DNA of 58,620 nt, the filler included, from Dirinaria sp. TL-2023a (lineage: Eukaryota): assembly GCA_051941275.1 (NCBI GenBank). It is 9 parts of 9 records of this genome, joined end to end, with 100 filler letters (N's around TTAATTAATTAA, not from the genome) between each part and the next. Parts side by side here need not be neighbours in the genome. Positions count along the whole stretch, not along the records: positions 52,219 to 58,620 come from JAVEBF010001488.1; 8 more parts are not named here. One strand, 5' to 3'. The stretch's first letter is position 1; each line of letters opens with the position of its first letter. Made by a program: the position numbers and the translations under genes. Positions 53,110 to 58,620 of this stretch are shown here, in pieces. Below the pieces are notes generated by a model that did not search any database, was not told the origin of the DNA, and was given only the letters and a program-made list of their open reading frames with translations.

Positions 53110-54228
53110 TCACTTGACGCAATTCTTAGCCCATTGTACATCGCCCCTCTCGCCCACAATCCTCGATGTGTTAATCTCGAATTTCCAATCCCATCCGTCT
53201 GACTGGTAAGGCTGGATCGTTGCTAAGGAGATATGGGCATCACAAATGCTACCTGTCGAAAGCTCCATTAGTAAACTTTTTTTCCTCTACTAAGTTAGAA
53301 TTAAATGTTAAACTGCCGTCATCTGATACGACTGATCTTTTATCCGCAGAAGACAAGGATCGTATACCAGGGGTGTCGAGAAAGAAAAAGGTTCCAGCTC
53401 ACAATTATAACCCTCTTCCGCTGTCCTATATCTTAGTATCGGATCCCGCAGGCCCACGTCCGGATTCACTGCCTCGTATATCGTCTCTAAAAACTCTGGG
53501 TCATTCAAACGCTTATGCGCACACAACTGCACCTCCGCTTTCTCCACCTCTTGCCCTAATGCCTCTATCGTCTTAGCTATCTCGGGCGCGGACGAGAGAA
53601 AGATGTCCCAGGTCATGCACAGCACCAAGCAGGGCTCCTTTCTCGATGGTCGTGTATAGAGCATGGGATCGTCATGAGGGTGATGAGGGGTTAGTGTGTA
53701 AATGTAACGGCCTTTTCCCCGGACCCTAATCATATTTCGTGCCTGCTCGCGTGGACTGCTAAAGACTCGGCCAAGAGGTTCGCAGGCAGTCTTTAGTTGG
53801 ACGTGTCTTGTGAAACCAGTGTCCGGGAGTCGGTGATGAGCACGCGGACTCGAAGTGAGGGCGTCAACCTCTTTCGGCTCGGCCAATTTGTCCACGGGTT
53901 TTAATCCAGGTAAGCTGGCTATCAGCGCGACACGAGCAGCTGTTAACGATTCGTGTGGGCAAATGGGCATGGTCTCCGGGGTACCGGGTAGCGCTGGAGC
54001 CGTTGGATCGGATAGCCTAGAGGAGGGAGAGGATTGCTCGAACGGGCTGCCCAGAGGCTTTTCGTCTTTGACTTGTCCCTCGCCAGTGGCATCATTGTTA
54101 GGTGTATAGGCGGGTGGTGGGTTGGTGGATGCTGTGGAAGTGCGCCAAAGTCCTGTTTCGGTCTGATCGTGAGCATTGGATGAGCTGGACGCGGAGGGTG
54201 GCCGTGTGAAGATGGAAAAGCGAGGCAT
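53110..54228 (-). CDS. Hypothetical 322-aa protein with a PPxY motif and scattered Cys/His motifs (2 exons)
   Basis: ATG at 54228. A phase-1 intron at 53402-53253 (GTGAGC..ACTAAT..CAG) creates YNCSICDAH and extends the frame to TGA 53110. Motifs PPPAY, ICPH, LCAH and CxxC. Confidence 0.65.
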
Positions 54229-55335
54229 TTTGGCTGTTCTGACAATCCAAGGGCAGAGACCTATAGGGAGGATAGGAAGAGCAAGAAGCAACAATAGGTA
54301 AGGACTACTTTTTGATCGGGAAATTTAAAGCCTCCTGGTTAGATTGTAGAAGATTTTGGGTAGTAGACAAAATAAATTATTTCAGGATTTTTCCCTCTCA
54401 AATAATGGAGAATTTGGGTAGGCTAAGATGACTGATCCTCGGAATATGGCTTCAAAACGCCGCCGATGAGGAACGAGCAAAGATATTGAGACTCTGTGAT
54501 GTATAAGAAATTTCGTAGAGAATGCAGCTTTCTTAACGCAAGACGCTAGCTCGGTGAGGTATTTATTGCAATCTAGTCCTTGCTAGGGAAGGACTACAAG
54601 CTGCCCTGCCGTAGGAAGCAGTCACGAGAACACGTCTCTGAACTCTTCTAGTGGTCGATTGGAACTGGAGAGTAAGGTATATGTGGTAAAGAATTTGGCA
54701 CCGGGTTTTTCTTTTCTTCTTGCCTTGAAGTCTTGACTGTTTTAGGAGACAGATATCGTGTGAGGCATAATATTGACTGCTTCCTGATGACTTGACTGAC
54801 AGTAGAAAACTTAATCGCTGATGTGCTTAGGATTGAGCAAAAGGCTGACTTTTCCCTTTGCAGCCTTTCGATTGTCGCCGGACTTGTTTCGGCATGAGAG
54901 CGACTGTGGTGGCAGTATCTGAGGTTAGGCTCCAAGGCATACCTTTCGGCAGGATGCACAGCCTATATGTATGCATCCAGATTTGACTGGTGGATGAACC
55001 TGGGGCGCACCATGAACCCGCCAATCCGTCGTTCCACTCGGTTACTCGATAGCGATCACTCCAAACCCAGATTGGGCCTGAAGTCTTGGCGTACCTTACG
55101 CTGACTAAGCTCATGCTTTAAGGGTGGCCTCAGTGCCGTCAATATCCAACAGCAGAGCAAAGTATTCCTTTGAAGCGTCATACTCGAAACCCCGAAAAAG
55201 CTTAAGACTGTCAACGACGACATTCGATAGTCGAAAACAACGCTCTCGTTCTACCGGTGCTGAACTACAATACCCCTACGCAAACTATCTTCATCCTATA
55301 CAAATCAGGAAACATTTGGGATTCCACCTACTATT

Positions 55336-56625
55336 TTACTCCTCATCTCCCTCAGGAGATCTGACTGGCCTTAGCTCGACCTTAAGCCCACCATGTTCAC
55401 CCTCTCCTAGTGGAACATCAGCAAGGTACTTATAAAATCAGATCCATCCAGAAGAGCCGAAGGTGCTTGCCTCATGACGCTAGCTTCAAGACCGTGTTAA
55501 GGACATCTACGCACCTATGCCATCTGCTACACCAAGCTGGCCGTGATTCACGCATAGAGTATCAACAGCCACTGCTGCGGCCCAAAGATCGAACCACGCG
55601 CTATATACCGTCAGTGCGGACGTGAAAACTGTTATAACGCATCGGGAGCCCGCTGCCAAACCTCCAGTTAGTGCTCTTTCCTATTTTGGGAATCAGCAGT
55701 ATCGGCATACCAGCTCTGTAAGACTTGGGGAGAGGCACTTGAACGCCGAGGCTATGCTTGTATCCGAATAGCAAACGATTCCCCGATGCGGGCATGAGAG
55801 ATATAGGTCTCGAGCATGAGCCGAGAGGTGGTGGTTGGCCTCCGCATGTGACACTGGGTTCGTATTTCCTAACTACGACAATTAATGCAGAGGCCGTCCC
55901 TATTTGAAAGTTGTCAGAGATTTCAGATCTTACAACGATAGCATTCATCTCTGATAGGGCCTTTCAGTGCTCAACCCCACCTATTTCAGCTATACTGCCA
56001 CCCTCTGTGCTCCCTTCTGTCGGAATGCACGTTTCAATCACACGTTCAGCGGCAGCTTTGATCTGGGCAGTGAATGTCACGTCTGTGACAGAACCAGGAG
56101 CGATGATGAGGTCGATGACGCATTTGCCGTCCGCTTGGTATGGCATCAGTAATCATTAGCTTGAAAATTGACAACATAGAAATGATTGCCATCTGCGTAA
56201 GATGACTTTTCCATTTTCTAAGTGGAACTATACTTACAGCTACTCCACCGATTGGGGAGCTTCATGAAAGGTCTATATGGCGAACCGCGTTGAGCAACTG
56301 TGAAAATCGTCATAGTGGATCCAATCTTCTCTAAAGCCTCATCGCAGGAAGCACGGTCTAGATTCTCGCCGTAACGATTCCGATCACATACGGGATCCGC
56401 GCTAAGAAGAGCAGGGAACACATCGTAGGATGAGAAATTGCTTTTGGTGGAGCCATTTTTGGTGAACAGAGCGTCTGGGTTGTCTGATGGTAAAGATTGT
56501 GAAGACTCAAGAACAGAGGCTCGTGGTGCGTCTAGCGCAGATGTCATTGACAGGCTCAGAAGATGTGAAGCGAAAGCGAAGAAAACCAAATAGGTCTTGA
56601 ACCAATTGTAATGCATCATGGCCAT
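55336..56625 (-). CDS. Secreted Cys-containing protein with two tandem homologous domains (KP4/Ecp2-like pattern), 312 aa, 5 exons
   Basis: Signal-peptide-like N-terminus. Exons 56625-56238, 56133-55981, 55899-55711, 55652-55515 and 55406-55336; all introns are phase-1 GT-AG and the product is stop-free. Confidence 0.8.
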
Positions 56626-57150
56626 ATGAGCGAGACTTACAGCAACGTCAAAAGGGTCGAAGTTGATTTCATCTTCTTATCAGGTCGCTAGCAGTCGGCT
56701 GTGATTTTACGCGCTGCCATAAGCATATAGCCGCAAGGTGATACAACATTGGAAGATGAAACCTTTCATTCAATTTGTCTGAACATCATGAGCCTCGAAT
56801 CTCTCACCCGCTGCTGTAACCTGCAAGCTCTATACTAGATAGATATCTTAACGTAGGTCCCTATTACCCGAATTCCGGTATACATACTATGTACGGGTAG
56901 CCTTAAGGCCACAGCATAGGAAGCTACTGCACAACGCCAGAAAAGGCTCGAATTAATTTGCGTGGCAGAATTCGGGAGAAGGGGGCTTCGGTACTGCAGC
57001 CAATGTGGGCCGACTAGCGCAAGGCTGAGGGAGGTGGGGGAATTAGTCGGCGGCCGCGATCAGATGATCTGACTGAAAATATCACGTCTGAGATCACTAG
57101 ATGCGTCTTCTGTTGCGAGTAAATATTTCGAGTAAACTTTCTTGACAACC

Positions 57151-58620
57151 ATGGTGACCACAACGAAAGGGAGTGAAGACAGACAATGCGCCCGCTGCAG
57201 AGAGGCGGACCAGGAATGTCAGCCGCGCGATGCCGATTATGTGAAGTGTCAGCGTTGCTTCGCGGAACATGAGGAGTGCAGTTTCGAGAATTCCGATCGC
57301 GAAGATGATTCTTTGATTCTCGTGATAGGGCCCACGGGTGCAGGCAAGACGACATTTATCGGTCGATGTATTGACTCGATTATGCTCGAGCGAAGCCATG
57401 GCTCAGAACCTAGTATATCTAATCATTCTGCTGCATCACGCCGTAGCTAAATCAGTACACAGAAACACGGGGAAGTGAAGAAGCTATAGCGAGCTGGGGA
57501 GGCCACAATATTGATCTCATTGATACTCCGGGCTTTGGCGCTACAAACCATCCAGACGCAGACATCTTGATTGAATTGGCTTCTTTCCTAGCTGATGCGT
57601 ACAAGCAGCGCATAACAGTGACCGCCGTTGTCTATTTGTACCCTATCTCATCTCATAGGATAAGGCGCAGTGACGTACGAACCCTCAAAATACTTGCAGA
57701 GCTAATTGGAAATGAATCTGTACCCAAAATAATACTCGCAACTACTAAGTGGGACACTGGTGATACTGCACTTTACGAGCAGAGGGAAAAGGATCTCCAC
57801 ACTCGCTTCTGGGGCCAGTTCCTAGCGAAGGGATGCATGACCTTCAGATTGGATGGACGACGAGAGTCAGCCCTGAGAATTTTGAACGCAGTTATTGCTA
57901 GAAAGCCAGCAGATTCAGCGCGTGAGACGAAAGCTTCTCTGCAAATCCAGCGAGAGCTGGTGGACCAGAGTAAACTACTTGTCGACACTTCTGCGGGCCA
58001 ACTCCTAACCTCACTGATCTTAGAACTTATAGAGAAAAGGGAGAAAGAGCTAGAGGAGCTCACTGCGGATTTCAAGTCAAGCGTCAAAGACAACAAGTCT
58101 AGATCCGCATCAGTGCTCGAGCGTGAGTCAAAATTACAGAAAGAATTGACAAGATTACTGCGAGAGCAGAAAGCCACGCAGGTTGCCATGCAGGTTGACT
58201 GTCAAACCATGCTCGCAGAGGCTACCAAAGAGAACACGAGGCTTCAGGATCTAATGATGAAAGAAGCGGAAGACAAATTTCGACTTGCAGGTCAAAGGAG
58301 AAAGCGTTATATAGAGAATAGCCTCAAAGTGGTGAAGATAGGAACGAAACAACCGAACAGAGACACGCCAGCATTGACTCTCAATCAGAGATCTAGAGAG
58401 CATGAGATTCAGAAGCAATCTAGTTCAGGTAAGTAGCTGACTCAGACTCAAAGTCGGATAACTCATGCTGATGTCTGTTAGGCTCGGCGCATTTAAGCTC
58501 TGGATTCATGGCAGATCTTGCGGAGAGCACTTGTGATGATGCTCACATTGAAGAAAGCTTAAAATCAACGCTTGCCCGAAACCAGACTAAATCTGCTCGA
58601 CTTCAACCGACAATCGAGAG
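57151..58620 (+). CDS. Zn2Cys6-like cluster + AIG1/septin-like P-loop GTPase + coiled coil (3'-partial)
   Basis: G1 GPTGAGKT, G3 LIDTPGF and G4 TTKWD. Introns at 57413-57462 and 58429-58481; the frame stays open to the window end. N-terminal C-x2-C-x6-C-x9-C-x2-C-x6-C. Confidence 0.85.

Overview
Eukaryotic DNA from a filamentous ascomycete (Pezizomycotina; a lichen-forming lineage is plausible but is only an inference). Introns are short GT-AG type with CTRAC branch sites. The window is not one locus: it holds nine ~6.4-kb contigs in decreasing length order, joined by eight artificial 100-bp linkers (44 N + TTAATTAATTAA + 44 N), so neighbourhood arguments hold only within a contig. Recognisable housekeeping genes are RTF2, a Gfo/Idh/MocA oxidoreductase, RPN8, ADK1, a Sws1-like SWIM protein, NSA2, a PLAC8 protein, complex I 40-kDa subunit (NDUFA9), RPN9 and GAA1. 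Manual splicing recovers several genes that the ORF track fragments. The most interesting are: (1) an acidic Zn2Cys6 cluster fused to an AIG1/septin-like P-loop GTPase with a coiled coil; (2) a PNP_UDP_1 nucleosidase spliced directly to a helical domain with no NACHT/NB-ARC; (3) a chimeric protein with two different C2H2 modules; (4) a secreted protein with a tandemly duplicated Cys domain whose intron positions are also duplicated. All family assignments come from motif recognition, not database searches.
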